Source: an uncultured Staphylococcaceae bacterium
GTDB lineage: Bacteria > Bacillota_I > Bacilli_A > RFN20 > CAG-826
Length of the DNA stretch: 63,538 bases
Assembly: GCA_964480275.1 (NCBI GenBank)
Contig: CAYZOC010000001.1
Span: 1-63,538 of the forward strand
Reading direction: 5' to 3'
Below the pieces are notes generated by a model. That model was not told where the DNA came from and made no database searches. It saw only the letters and a program-made list of their open reading frames with translations. A program made the translations under genes and the position numbers. Below, one piece after another: positions 47,070 through 56,722 of the stretch. Position 1 is the first letter of the stretch, and each line of letters begins with the position of its first letter.

Positions 47070-49404
47070 CGCTTACATCCTCCTCATCTACAAGCGAAAC
47101 CTCATTATAATCAGCGTCAGTCCGATAACAAACGTGTTTAAAGGGACAATATTCACAACTATCTTGTTTGGCAATCTTTAGTGGCCGTATTTGAAAGTTG
47201 TTGTCACGAATATTGTTGGCGGCTTCGATAATCTTTGCACGTGCTTCTTCTGCTAGTTTTGGAAAAAATTCTTCAGGATATGCTTTTGTGTATTTAAAGA
47301 ATCTTTGTTGATTACTACTATATTTAGTGGCCGCAATATATTGGCTATTTTGATCGACAAAAGTGCTATCAAATTTGCTAAGTTTATCGAAATCATCGAG
47401 CATAACACCACTGAATTTAAAACTTGTTTTATAAAATTGATAACGTTCTTCCTCATCTTCACTTATAATCAGTCCATCTTGCTTTAATTTTTGAAGAAAA
47501 AGTCCAAGAATATAATCATCACTAAACCGTAAGTCATGGGCGGCTAGAAGCGCATATATTGGTAATTGGAGACTCTTACCATGGGGGATTTCATTGACAT
47601 TAAACTTCTTGACGCCTGTTTTATAATCAATCAGAACAAGCCCACCATTTTTAAATTGATATATTTGATCAATACGGCCGGAAATTTTTGTCTTTTCATC
47701 AAGCTGCAATTTGAGTTCTACTTCTGAAAGGCTAGAAAATTCTTCCATTTGTTCTTCTAATTCTTTTTTCAATCGTAAGCCCGCAATAAAAAGATCGCTC
47801 ATTCCTAAAACAATTAGTTTTTCACGTGCATCTAGACCGGATTCTGCAATATTACCTTTCAAGAACAGATCAACATCAAGATCATCATCATTACTGACTT
47901 CCAGTAGTTTATGAAATAGTGTACCAATAAACATTGGAAGCGTTGTTGTTTTGTTACCTAATTTAAGTACTTTTTCCAAGTAATAACGGAATGGACAAGA
48001 GTAGTAAAGATCAATTTGTGAAAATGAAAGTGCAAGCGGACTAGAGTTATTAAAGTGATTTACACCTTTAAAACTATGATCAAAGCTTTGATAACTATCA
48101 CCGACTAACGGAGCTAAAATTGATATATTTTTATCAATTAGGTTGTATTTAATTCTTTGATCCATCATCCGGCCATAAATAGTTTCTAAATAAGTCTTGC
48201 TAAAATAAATTTGTGGTAGTTTGGCCCGAGAAACCCGCCATCCTAACTGTTCAACCATATCACTAACAATTTGTTTTTGCCCAGCAATTTCTAGAGTAAA
48301 ACTTGGATAAAAAGTATTATCACTTGTTAGTGTGGCAAACAAAAGTTCACTGTTTATTTGATTATTAATCAACGTCGTATTAAGTGCTAAATCTACTTTT
48401 TCTTGATCAAAAATAAAGCTATTGTCAATTTCAACATAAGGATACATTCCTTTGGTGAAGCCAAGAATAAATACATGTTTATCGCGGACAAATAACGGCA
48501 ATTGATCGATCACTTTAATGTGACTTAGGTAGCGATCACTTGAAATTTTGCGTCGCTTTAGTTGATCGCGGACCAGTAAAATATAATCTTTAAAACTTAA
48601 ATTATTACGACGATACTTACTAATTACTAATAAAAACTCCTGCTCTTCACTACTGAGTTCCTTGATTGAAAGTTGATCGATCAAAATTTGTTCATCATCA
48701 AGGCTTTCTAGTGTCGTGAGCAGTGTTTGCACTCGTGGAAAGACCAACAAGGATTTCGCTTCATTTTGGCCAATAACACAACTAAATTCCTTGGCCCAAA
48801 GTTTAATTTCAACCCTATATTCTTCCGTTGGAGCAAATAATAATATTTCGCTTGCGGCAACTCCATTTTCTAATAAAGAGGCCATCCGATTAATTTGAAA
48901 AGCCACCTCGCTACTTACACTTGTAAAACTCAAAACATCTGTATTTGTTTTCTTGGTCTCGCCTTGATAAAACTCAAAGTGTAACAAGGACTTTTCTAAC
49001 AATTTTTTAAGTTCAAGATCTTGCGCTGAGTAATTAATAACTATTGCATTTTTATGCAAATATAACAAAGATTCATCTGTTCGATAAATAAGCTTTTCCT
49101 TGTCCAAAAAGTGAAAAATATCAAAAAGTTGTTGGATTTTTTTACTAGAGTCAAGCTCACTAAAAAAGTAAAGATTGTCTATGAAATTTTTAGCGCTTTG
49201 ATATGTTAGATTGAATTTCTTAATAATCGGATATATCGCCATCTCATCAATCGTAAAATAAAGGGAAGAAAATAAGTCTTCTTTTGTAATTATTTTGGCA
49301 TGCGAATAAGGAAAATCTTGCTTGGATTGCAAGATATCGCGGTGAATGCTCCGTGGTGCAATAATAAAATCGTAGTTAAAAAGATTATCAATATTAAACT
49401 TCAT
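47059..49404 (-). CDS. addB: helicase/nuclease subunit B (AddB/RexB), short form with Fe-S nuclease domain
   Basis: C-terminal features are CPFRYYL, GRIDQI...LIDYKTG and CEYCPFKHVC (four Cys). There is no Walker A near the N-terminus. Overlaps addA by 11 nt. Confidence 0.8.
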   Translation of the reverse strand: MKFNIDNLFNYDFIIAPRSIHRDILQSKQDFPYSHAKIITKEDLFSSLYFTIDEMAIYPIIKKFNLTYQSAKNFIDNLYFFSELDSSKKIQQLFDIFHFLDKEKLIYRTDESLLYLHKNAIVINYSAQDLELKKLLEKSLLHFEFYQGETKKTNTDVLSFTSVSSEVAFQINRMASLLENGVAASEILLFAPTEEYRVEIKLWAKEFSCVIGQNEAKSLLVFPRVQTLLTTLESLDDEQILIDQLSIKELSSEEQEFLLVISKYRRNNLSFKDYILLVRDQLKRRKISSDRYLSHIKVIDQLPLFVRDKHVFILGFTKGMYPYVEIDNSFIFDQEKVDLALNTTLINNQINSELLFATLTSDNTFYPSFTLEIAGQKQIVSDMVEQLGWRVSRAKLPQIYFSKTYLETIYGRMMDQRIKYNLIDKNISILAPLVGDSYQSFDHSFKGVNHFNNSSPLALSFSQIDLYYSCPFRYYLEKVLKLGNKTTTLPMFIGTLFHKLLEVSNDDDLDVDLFLKGNIAESGLDAREKLIVLGMSDLFIAGLRLKKELEEQMEEFSSLSEVELKLQLDEKTKISGRIDQIYQFKNGGLVLIDYKTGVKKFNVNEIPHGKSLQLPIYALLAAHDLRFSDDYILGLFLQKLKQDGLIISEDEEERYQFYKTSFKFSGVMLDDFDKLSKFDSTFVDQNSQYIAATKYSSNQQRFFKYTKAYPEEFFPKLAEEARAKIIEAANNIRDNNFQIRPLKIAKQDSCEYCPFKHVCYRTDADYNEVSLVDEEDVSDET

Positions 49405-49457
49405 ATATTGATTTTATTACATAAAATCTATTATTACAATCAAATATAGAAACTTAA

Positions 49458-50936
49458 TTAGTGACTAAATGATTGTGTGGCTTTGACTGCTCTTTTCCAT
49501 CCATCATATAGTTGCTCGCGTGTTTGCTCCGTCATCTTCGGCCGATAAAGTGTTCCTTGGAACTTAAGTTTCCGAATCTCTTGGAGTGATGAAAAGTAAC
49601 CAGTTTCTAAACCTGCAAGGAAAAATACACCTAAACTTGTAGTCTCTAAAATTTTTGAAACACGAATTTGCGTGTCTAAAATATCTGCCTGAAATTGCAT
49701 GAGGTAGCCATTAGCCGTTGCGCCACCATCAACCTGCAAACGTTTTAGCTCGAGTTTTGATGCTTCTTGCATAACTTTAAAGACATCTTTTGTTTGATAG
49801 GCGATTGATTCAAGTGTCGCACGGACAAATTCTGCCTTAGATGTAGCTCTTGTCAGTCCAAATACCGCTCCTTTGGCATCATCGTCCCAATAAGGAGTTC
49901 CAAGTCCAACAAAGGCGGGAACAACATATACTCCATCATTCTTTTCCGCGCGATTGGCTTCTTTTTCACTGTGTTTGCTAGTTTTAATTAGACACATTTC
50001 ATCACGCAGCCACTGGACGGCCGCTCCACCAACAAAAACACTGCCTTCGAAAGCATAAGTTGTTTTGTTGCCAATTTGCCAAGCGACGGTCGTAAGCAGT
50101 CCACCTTCTGCTAAAAGTGGACGATTGCCAATGTTCATTAACATGAAACAGCCAGTTCCATAAGTGTTTTTACTATCACCTTTATCAAGACACATATGGC
50201 CAAAAAGCGAAGCTTGTTGATCACCGGCAACACCAGCTATTGGTAGTGCTGTTTTTAAATATTCTGTATAGCCAAATGTATGACTTGAGGGATTGACTTT
50301 GGGAAGCATGGAATGGGGAATATTAAATAATTTAAGTAAATCATCATCCCATGATTTTGTAAAAATATTATATAAAAGTGTCCGCGATGCATTACTGACA
50401 TCTGTCGCATGAACACGACCATTGGTCAGCTTATAAATCAACCAACTATCAACCGTGCCAAAAAGGAGTTCACCGCGCTCTGCTCGCGCTTGACCATCTT
50501 TAATATGATCAAGAATGTAGCGGATTTTTGAAGCACTAAAGTAGGGATTAATTAGAAGTCCGGTCCGCTTAAAAATAAAATCTTTTTGATCTTCAAGGCG
50601 GTCACAATAAATAGCGCTTTGCCGTGATTGCCAGACAATCGCATTATAGACAGGCATTCCTGTTACTCGATCCCAAACAATCGTCGTCTCTCTTTGGTTG
50701 GTTATCGCAAAACTATCGATATATTCAAGTGAGATATTTGCCTTAATTAAGACTTCATTAACAACTGAAAGAACACTAAGCCACAATTCCAGTGCATCAG
50801 TCTCGACATAAGAAGGATGGGGATATAAACAATTAACATCTTTAAAGGCACTATTGATAATTTGACCATGGCGATTAAATAAAATTGCCCGCGTCGATGT
50901 TGTTCCTTGATCGATTGTTAAGATGTATTTTTCCAT
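49458..50936 (-). CDS. glpK: glycerol kinase
   Basis: Starts MEKYILTIDQGTTSTRAILF and contains GDQQASLFG and the FGGY-family C-terminus. Confidence 0.95.
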   Translation of the reverse strand: MEKYILTIDQGTTSTRAILFNRHGQIINSAFKDVNCLYPHPSYVETDALELWLSVLSVVNEVLIKANISLEYIDSFAITNQRETTIVWDRVTGMPVYNAIVWQSRQSAIYCDRLEDQKDFIFKRTGLLINPYFSASKIRYILDHIKDGQARAERGELLFGTVDSWLIYKLTNGRVHATDVSNASRTLLYNIFTKSWDDDLLKLFNIPHSMLPKVNPSSHTFGYTEYLKTALPIAGVAGDQQASLFGHMCLDKGDSKNTYGTGCFMLMNIGNRPLLAEGGLLTTVAWQIGNKTTYAFEGSVFVGGAAVQWLRDEMCLIKTSKHSEKEANRAEKNDGVYVVPAFVGLGTPYWDDDAKGAVFGLTRATSKAEFVRATLESIAYQTKDVFKVMQEASKLELKRLQVDGGATANGYLMQFQADILDTQIRVSKILETTSLGVFFLAGLETGYFSSLQEIRKLKFQGTLYRPKMTEQTREQLYDGWKRAVKATQSFSH

Positions 50937-50941
50937 TACAC

Positions 50942-52189
50942 TTACCTCTTCATGAATTTTTCGATATCTTTTACTTCTTTAATAATATCACTAGATAGAT
51001 TGAGGGCACCACTTTCAGTGACAACAATATTATCCTCAATCCGAATACCAATACCGTATTTTGCAAAATATAGCCCTGGTTCAACGGTAATAACATTGCC
51101 AGGAACAAGTTTTAATTCTCTTAATGATTGATCATGGGTATCAAGTCCTAAGTGATGAGAAACATTATGATAATAGTACTTTGAGATTTCTTCCTTAGTG
51201 TCAATAAGATGTTCCTCAAGCAAGCGATTAGCCATAAATTCAATCGTAAAAGCCTGCAGTTCTGCAAGACTTAAGCCTGGACGAATATAATCAATTACTG
51301 CTTTATTAGCGGCAAGTACAATCTCATAAATTTGTTTTTGTAAAATATTAAAACTACCACTAACGGGATATGTACGACTAATATCAGCGCAATAACCGGT
51401 TAAATTAGCGCCTAGATCTAATAAAAGCAGATGCCCATCCTTGATTTTACTATCAAGATCAGGATAGTGAAGAATCGTCGCATTTTTTCCATAAGCAGCA
51501 ATCGTTGGAAATGAAAGCCGGGCTTTCTGATCTTTGATTACACACTCAAAAATATTAGCAACTTGATATTCATACATCCCTTCTTTAAGTGATTTCATAA
51601 TTGCATTTAATGCTTTGTTTGTCAGATTAATGCTTTGTTTTAATGCTTTTATTTCATCATCATCTTTAACCATCCGCATCTTAACGATGTCTGTAAAAAT
51701 ATTTTCAATTTTAATCCCATACTTTTGTTCGAGGTCAATTTTATACTCTTCGGTTGTATATTTTTTAGCAATATAAAGTTCAGGTTCAAGATCTAAATAA
51801 ACATGTTCAACATCACCATAACTAGAAGTTTTGGCAAAAAGATCATCAACTTTACTTTCTAAATGGTCACTAAACAAGATACTTTTAATACCACTAATCT
51901 TTGTGGCATCCTCTACTTTAAGTTTACGACCTGTCCATTTTTCTTTGTTTTCATCAAATGGATCAATAAACAAATAGACAAATTGTTCCTGGTCGATTTT
52001 TGCAATAATCAAACTGCTATTTTCTTGTTTAATGCCCGTCAAATAGTAAAAATTAGTATTGACTTGAAAGGGATATTCACTATCTGCGCTTGCCTTGTGA
52101 GCAATGCCAGAAAATAGAATAAGAACGCTATTATCTGGGAGGCTCTTAAGTAGTTGCTCCCGCCGTTTGATGTAATTTTTTGCTTCCAT
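50942..52189 (-). CDS. pepP: Xaa-Pro aminopeptidase (M24B)
   Basis: N-terminal AMP_N-like domain. Metal ligands occur in the contexts LLDLGA, DISRT, HHLGLDTHD, EPG and EDN. Confidence 0.85.
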   Translation of the reverse strand: MEAKNYIKRREQLLKSLPDNSVLILFSGIAHKASADSEYPFQVNTNFYYLTGIKQENSSLIIAKIDQEQFVYLFIDPFDENKEKWTGRKLKVEDATKISGIKSILFSDHLESKVDDLFAKTSSYGDVEHVYLDLEPELYIAKKYTTEEYKIDLEQKYGIKIENIFTDIVKMRMVKDDDEIKALKQSINLTNKALNAIMKSLKEGMYEYQVANIFECVIKDQKARLSFPTIAAYGKNATILHYPDLDSKIKDGHLLLLDLGANLTGYCADISRTYPVSGSFNILQKQIYEIVLAANKAVIDYIRPGLSLAELQAFTIEFMANRLLEEHLIDTKEEISKYYYHNVSHHLGLDTHDQSLRELKLVPGNVITVEPGLYFAKYGIGIRIEDNIVVTESGALNLSSDIIKEVKDIEKFMKR

Positions 52190-52192
52190 AAA

Positions 52193-52975
52193 TTAAACTC
52201 CTTTTTTCTTCACAATATTACGGGCGATTTTTATAAAATCACCTAGTTCAACACCCTGATATTCTCCGCGATCAAGAAGCGCAACATTATTGGGAATAAG
52301 TTTGATTTCTCCAAGGAGTTTGACACCAAGCTTTTCTTCGATTAACTGTTGATTGCTATTGCCATATATGTATATTTTATCTCCACACTTCGGACATTCT
52401 AAATATGCCATATTATTGATGGCCCCAAGCACTGGGACCTCAAGCGTATTCGCCATGTTGATCGCCTTTTTAACAATAGTTCCAACCATATCTTGGGGAG
52501 TTGTTACAATGATTAGGCCATCGATTGGTAGTGATTGCATGGCCGTAATTGCCACATCACTAGTTCCAGGGGGGAAATCAACTAGTAAATAGTCTAATTC
52601 ACCCCAATTAACAGTGTTATAAAACTGACGAATAATTTCACTAACTAGAGGGCCCCGCCACATAAGCGGATCCTCATTGTCTTCTAAAAGCATCGCCGCC
52701 GAAATAATTTTTATTCCGAGGTCATCAACAACATGAGGATAAATCGATGTACTGTCTCCAAACGCTTTATCTTTGACTTTAAACATATGCGGAATTGAAG
52801 GACCTGTAATATCAGCGTCTAAAATTCCAACCTCGAATCCTAGCTGGGCGAGGCTTAGTGCTAGTAGCCCTGTTGTATACGACTTGCCAACACCACCCTT
52901 GCCAGATATGACACCAATGACTTTTTTGACATTGCTTTTCTCATTTGCCTTTTCTTTTTCTACTTTATTAACCAT
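52193..52975 (-). CDS. Mrp/NBP35/ApbC-family P-loop ATPase (Fe-S cluster carrier)
   Basis: Contains the deviant Walker A SGKGGVGKS, plus CPKCGDK. Confidence 0.85.
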   Translation of the reverse strand: MVNKVEKEKANEKSNVKKVIGVISGKGGVGKSYTTGLLALSLAQLGFEVGILDADITGPSIPHMFKVKDKAFGDSTSIYPHVVDDLGIKIISAAMLLEDNEDPLMWRGPLVSEIIRQFYNTVNWGELDYLLVDFPPGTSDVAITAMQSLPIDGLIIVTTPQDMVGTIVKKAINMANTLEVPVLGAINNMAYLECPKCGDKIYIYGNSNQQLIEEKLGVKLLGEIKLIPNNVALLDRGEYQGVELGDFIKIARNIVKKKGV

Positions 52976-53576
52976 CTTGTTCCTCTTTTCTATAAATTTT
53001 TGATGATTTTATATATTCTAAATCAAGATTAAACTTTTGCTCGACATCAATACTAAGTGGAGCATTAATCGTCACGACTACTGATTCACCTCGATATTCT
53101 TTATCAATAATTTCAATTTGATCTTGAACAAATAAATATTCGACTCTACCTAAATCAGCGGCCCGGACAATAAGACGATACAAGGCACTATCAATTTCTA
53201 TGTATTTATCAATTTTTGCTAAGGCTTGATTAGCTGCTTCGACATATGTTCTTAAAAGACGACCTGCTCCAAGTTTAACACCACCATAATATCGAACAAC
53301 AATAATCGCAATATTTACTAAATTAAGATTGCCAATCAGCTCTAATAGTGGTCGTCCCGCAGTACCGCTTGGTTCGCCATCATCGCTAGCTCTAGCGCTA
53401 TTATCAATCACATAAGCATAAGGATAATGACGGGCGCCACTAGCGTCTTGATGAACAAATCTCTTAAATTCAAGAAAGTCATTTTCATCACTGATTGGTG
53501 TCACATAAGCAATGAAGCGCGACTTTTCAACAATGATTTCATGGACGAGACTAGATTTTATCAGCGACTTTCTCAT
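52968..53576 (-). CDS. yigZ: YigZ / IMPACT family protein
   Basis: Contains EKSRFIAYV, ARHYPYAY and DDGEPSGTAGRPLL. Confidence 0.85.
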   Translation of the reverse strand: MRKSLIKSSLVHEIIVEKSRFIAYVTPISDENDFLEFKRFVHQDASGARHYPYAYVIDNSARASDDGEPSGTAGRPLLELIGNLNLVNIAIIVVRYYGGVKLGAGRLLRTYVEAANQALAKIDKYIEIDSALYRLIVRAADLGRVEYLFVQDQIEIIDKEYRGESVVVTINAPLSIDVEQKFNLDLEYIKSSKIYRKEEQDG

Positions 53577-53654
53577 AGCTAAATTGTATCACTAAAAGTG
53601 ATGTTTCTAAATATATACGTTTAACGAATTTATAATTCTTGCTATAATCCTACT

Positions 53655-54512
53655 ATGAATGAAAATAAACAGAGCGAAAACTATGAAATAGTTGATGACA
53701 TACCAAGCAATCAACAACAACCAAATTTTGAGATCGAAGATAATTTTAAGGCCGTTCCTAATCCAAAAACTCCTAATTGGTTGGATGCGACTCTTGTATT
53801 TCTTGGATATCTTGGATTAATGTTAGTTCCGGTTCTCTACCAAACAATCCTTAATAGCATCTACCAGTCGCAGGGACTTTCCGCCGTTGAAATTGAACAA
53901 TTACTTACAAGTGTTGCTCATCTAAGCATGACCAATTTCATAAGATACACCGTAATATTTTTATTAATGGTCCTTGTCTTATTTCTTGCCCGTGTTCTTC
54001 TTCCAATCCTAAATCAATTTAAAAAGTTTCGCACATATTTATATGGCATAGGTTTTGGATTTATCGCTATTTTTCTTAGTGTTAGTTATAATTTATTTTT
54101 ATCGCTTGTGCTCGAAGATTTTGGGAGTAATGAAAATCAAAATCTCGTTGAACAAGTTATACGCCTTAATCCACTGCTCTCACTTTTATGGATTCCTTTT
54201 CTTGGTCCAATCGTTGAAGAACTTACATATCGTCTAGGTATATTTAATGGACTAAAAAAATACAATCGGACGTTAGCCTATGTCGTCACCGGGCTGTTTT
54301 TTGGTCTAATTCACTTTAATGCACCTAATATTGCTGATGAGAATTTCACAAAGCTACTAGTTATCGAAATTGCTAATCTTCCTAACTATATCCTCTCGGG
54401 TCTACTATTCAACTATGTATATGATAAGGAAAATCTGGGAACATCTATTGTTGCCCATGTCACAAATAATTTTGTCTCTTACATTGCCACAATTATTTCA
54501 ATGAACAGCTAA
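53655..54512 (+). CDS. CPBP-family intramembrane glutamic endopeptidase (CAAX protease/Abi)
   Basis: Contains the motifs PIVEELTYRLGIF, FGLIHF and AHVTNNF. Confidence 0.85.
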   Translation: MNENKQSENYEIVDDIPSNQQQPNFEIEDNFKAVPNPKTPNWLDATLVFLGYLGLMLVPVLYQTILNSIYQSQGLSAVEIEQLLTSVAHLSMTNFIRYTVIFLLMVLVLFLARVLLPILNQFKKFRTYLYGIGFGFIAIFLSVSYNLFLSLVLEDFGSNENQNLVEQVIRLNPLLSLLWIPFLGPIVEELTYRLGIFNGLKKYNRTLAYVVTGLFFGLIHFNAPNIADENFTKLLVIEIANLPNYILSGLLFNYVYDKENLGTSIVAHVTNNFVSYIATIISMNS

Positions 54513-54517
54513 TAATT

Positions 54518-55363
54518 ATGAACAAACGACTTACAATCAATTCAACAACACTTAAAGTAATCGCGATGATTTTAATACTCATCGATCATATCGGTTTCTT
54601 TTTAATTCCTATCACGGCAGAAACTCAGTTGATATACATGCTATTTCGAGGAGTAGGGCGTTTAGGTTTCCCACTTTATGCATTTTTTATCGTAGAGGGT
54701 ATCTTTTATTCAAAAAACATCAATAAATATCTGCGAAGAATTTTTGCCCTCGTCGTGCTCATCTTTGCTTTTCAGGCTTCGATCTTTTTCACTCCTCTTA
54801 GCGCCTCTATCGATATTAGCCAGGCTTACAATGTATTTCTTACCCTCTTCACTGGCGCTACTGCAGTGGCCTATTTTCATCAAAAAAAGTACAAACATAT
54901 TTATTTATTAATTCCATTAGCGGCGATGATTACAACAAATATTTTAGAATTCTTTGTTCCCGGAAAATGGACAATCTTTCTTGTAAATGAATATCGACTA
55001 TATGGTATTGCTATTATAATTGGCTTTTATATTGCTAGGGTATTTACCCCACATGTAGTATCAAATTTGAAAACATATCATCAAGTTTCACATAGTGGTT
55101 TAGATAGTGCTCCTTACATTCAACAAATAAATAATTACTTAAGTAGCATTTCACTTTTATTCATTAATATAGTTTGGTATATTCTAACTGTCACAATTAG
55201 TGACTTTCCCTTTGATCCATTTCAAACATATTCAATATTTACTGCGATATTAATATTAATGTATAATGGTCTAAAGGGGTATCAGCCAGTTTGGTTTAAA
55301 TGGGTTTACTATTTATATTACCCAGTTCACCTAGCCATACTTGCTATCATTAGTTTCTTATAG
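54518..55363 (+). CDS. TraX-family membrane protein
   Basis: The N-terminal LKVIAMILILIDHIGFFL and polytopic topology are typical of TraX. Confidence 0.7.
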   Translation: MNKRLTINSTTLKVIAMILILIDHIGFFLIPITAETQLIYMLFRGVGRLGFPLYAFFIVEGIFYSKNINKYLRRIFALVVLIFAFQASIFFTPLSASIDISQAYNVFLTLFTGATAVAYFHQKKYKHIYLLIPLAAMITTNILEFFVPGKWTIFLVNEYRLYGIAIIIGFYIARVFTPHVVSNLKTYHQVSHSGLDSAPYIQQINNYLSSISLLFINIVWYILTVTISDFPFDPFQTYSIFTAILILMYNGLKGYQPVWFKWVYYLYYPVHLAILAIISFL

Positions 55364-55394
55364 TTTCTTACTATAATCATTGGAGGAGAGAATT

Positions 55395-55700
55395 ATGATT
55401 AAATACTTAGAAAAAGAAGAATTATTTGACGAAGTAATTAGCAAAGGTACTGTTTTAGTTGATTTTTACGCTGATTGGTGTGGTCCTTGTCGGATGCTTA
55501 GCCCAGTTATTGAAGAAGTAAGTAAAGAGGTCAGTGATCTTACTGTCCTCAAAGTAAATGTTGATGACATGGGCCGCCTTGCCGGACGCTTCAGCATTCG
55601 TTCAATTCCAACTGTCATGCTATTCAAAGATGGCAAACCAGTTGCAACTCGTGTTGGCTTTGTGCCAAAACCAGCACTACTAGCCTTCGTCAAACAATAA
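55395..55700 (+). CDS. trxA: thioredoxin
   Basis: Contains the WCGPC active site. Start at ATG 55395, after GGAGGAG. Confidence 0.95.
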   Translation: MIKYLEKEELFDEVISKGTVLVDFYADWCGPCRMLSPVIEEVSKEVSDLTVLKVNVDDMGRLAGRFSIRSIPTVMLFKDGKPVATRVGFVPKPALLAFVKQ

Positions 55701-55727
55701 AAAAATGCACCTTATGGTGCTTTTTTT
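55700..55727. terminator. bidirectional terminator (trxA and the GNAT gene)
   Basis: aaaaaaatgcacc-ttat-ggtgcttttttt. The stop of the convergent GNAT ORF lies in the loop. Confidence 0.65.
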
Positions 55728-56290
55728 AAATCATGCAATTTTGAGAACATCGCCTTACTCATAATATATTTCTTTTCTTGAAAAGATTGGTCGAGTTCCC
55801 GAGCATAGAAGACATCATCAGAGTGGTAAACAAAGCCACTCTTTTCAATTACTCGTTGCGACTGCTTGTTGGATGTAAAGTGAGCACAACTAACATAATC
55901 CAAGTTTTCGACCTCAAATAAGTATCTCAAAAGTCTATTCACAGCTTCAAGCATCAGGCCACGGCCCCAAAAGTCTTGTGCTAATACATAACCAATTTCA
56001 AGTATTTTCTTATTGATAAACTCGTCACTATTAAATTTAGCGGCGTGGACACCAAGTGAACCAATCACGCGTTGACTCTGCTTATCTATCAGGGCAAGGA
56101 CGTTTTTTTCTTCAATGAACATCTTAAGGATCTTAGAAGTTTGCTCAAGCGCCTGATGATGATGCCAGCCTGCCATTTCTCCGACCCCTTTAATTGAGGC
56201 ATAACGATGGAAGTCACTAAGATCATCAATAGTAAAAAGTCGTAGTGTCAATCGTCTTGTCTCAAGTATAATGTGACTATCGAATTTCAT
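55712..56290 (-). CDS. GNAT-family N-acetyltransferase (RimJ/RimL-like)
   Basis: Acetyl-CoA-binding region is QDFWGRGLMLEAV. Size and layout fit RimJ-type acetyltransferases. Confidence 0.75.
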   Translation of the reverse strand: MKFDSHIILETRRLTLRLFTIDDLSDFHRYASIKGVGEMAGWHHHQALEQTSKILKMFIEEKNVLALIDKQSQRVIGSLGVHAAKFNSDEFINKKILEIGYVLAQDFWGRGLMLEAVNRLLRYLFEVENLDYVSCAHFTSNKQSQRVIEKSGFVYHSDDVFYARELDQSFQEKKYIMSKAMFSKLHDLKKAP

Positions 56291-56369
56291 AGAGATAGTT
56301 TAAATGAAAGTTATTATTATCACAATAAATAAAAAAAATATGGCTCATAGAGTCATATTAATTTATGAA

Positions 56370-56443
56370 TGGAGCAGGTGACGGGAATCGAACCCGCGTG
56401 GTCAGCTTGGAAGGCTGAAGTTCTACCATTGAACTACACCTGC
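56370..56443 (-). tRNA. tRNA-Gly (anticodon UCC)
   Basis: The RC folds as a cloverleaf: acceptor gcaggtg/cacctgc, anticodon stem tcagc/gctga, loop cuUCCaa, TPsiC ggttcgatt. CCA is encoded. Confidence 0.93.
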
Positions 56444-56447
56444 ATAA

Positions 56448-56523
56448 TGGCGGACCAGAAGGGGATCGAACCCTCGATCTTCTCCGTGACAGGGAGACAT
56501 GTTAACCACTACACCACTGGTCC
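56448..56523 (-). tRNA. tRNA-Asp (anticodon GUC)
   Basis: The RC folds as a cloverleaf: acceptor ggaccag/ctggtcc, anticodon stem tctcc/ggaga, loop cuGUCac. CCA is encoded. Confidence 0.93.
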
Positions 56524-56533
56524 AGTGAAAATT

Positions 56534-56561
56534 ATTTTATCATAAATGATAAGGATTTCAA
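56534..56561 (-). promoter_or_regulatory. promoter of the tRNA-Asp/tRNA-Gly pair
   Basis: Minus strand reads TTGAAA (56561-56556), 16-nt spacer, TGaTAAAAT extended -10 (-10 hexamer at 56539-56534). It lies about 10 nt upstream of the tRNA-Asp 5' end. Confidence 0.55.
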
Positions 56562-56722
56562 GATAAAAGATGAGAAAAAGATGAGGATTTTGTTAAAAGT
56601 TTGAATAAAGTCAAAAACAGCAAAATATTTAACGAATTTTGCTGTTTTTTAAAAAATTAAGTGCATAATTCTCAAAAATATCGTGTTTTCGCTTATAATA
56701 TAAAGGTACTAAGGAGGAAATT

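Noticed and set aside
53655-55363. The CPBP protease plus TraX pair as a bacteriocin-immunity or conjugation module
   Set aside because: No bacteriocin precursor, ABC-peptidase exporter or conjugation gene lies nearby. Both families are common stand-alone membrane proteins in Bacillota.
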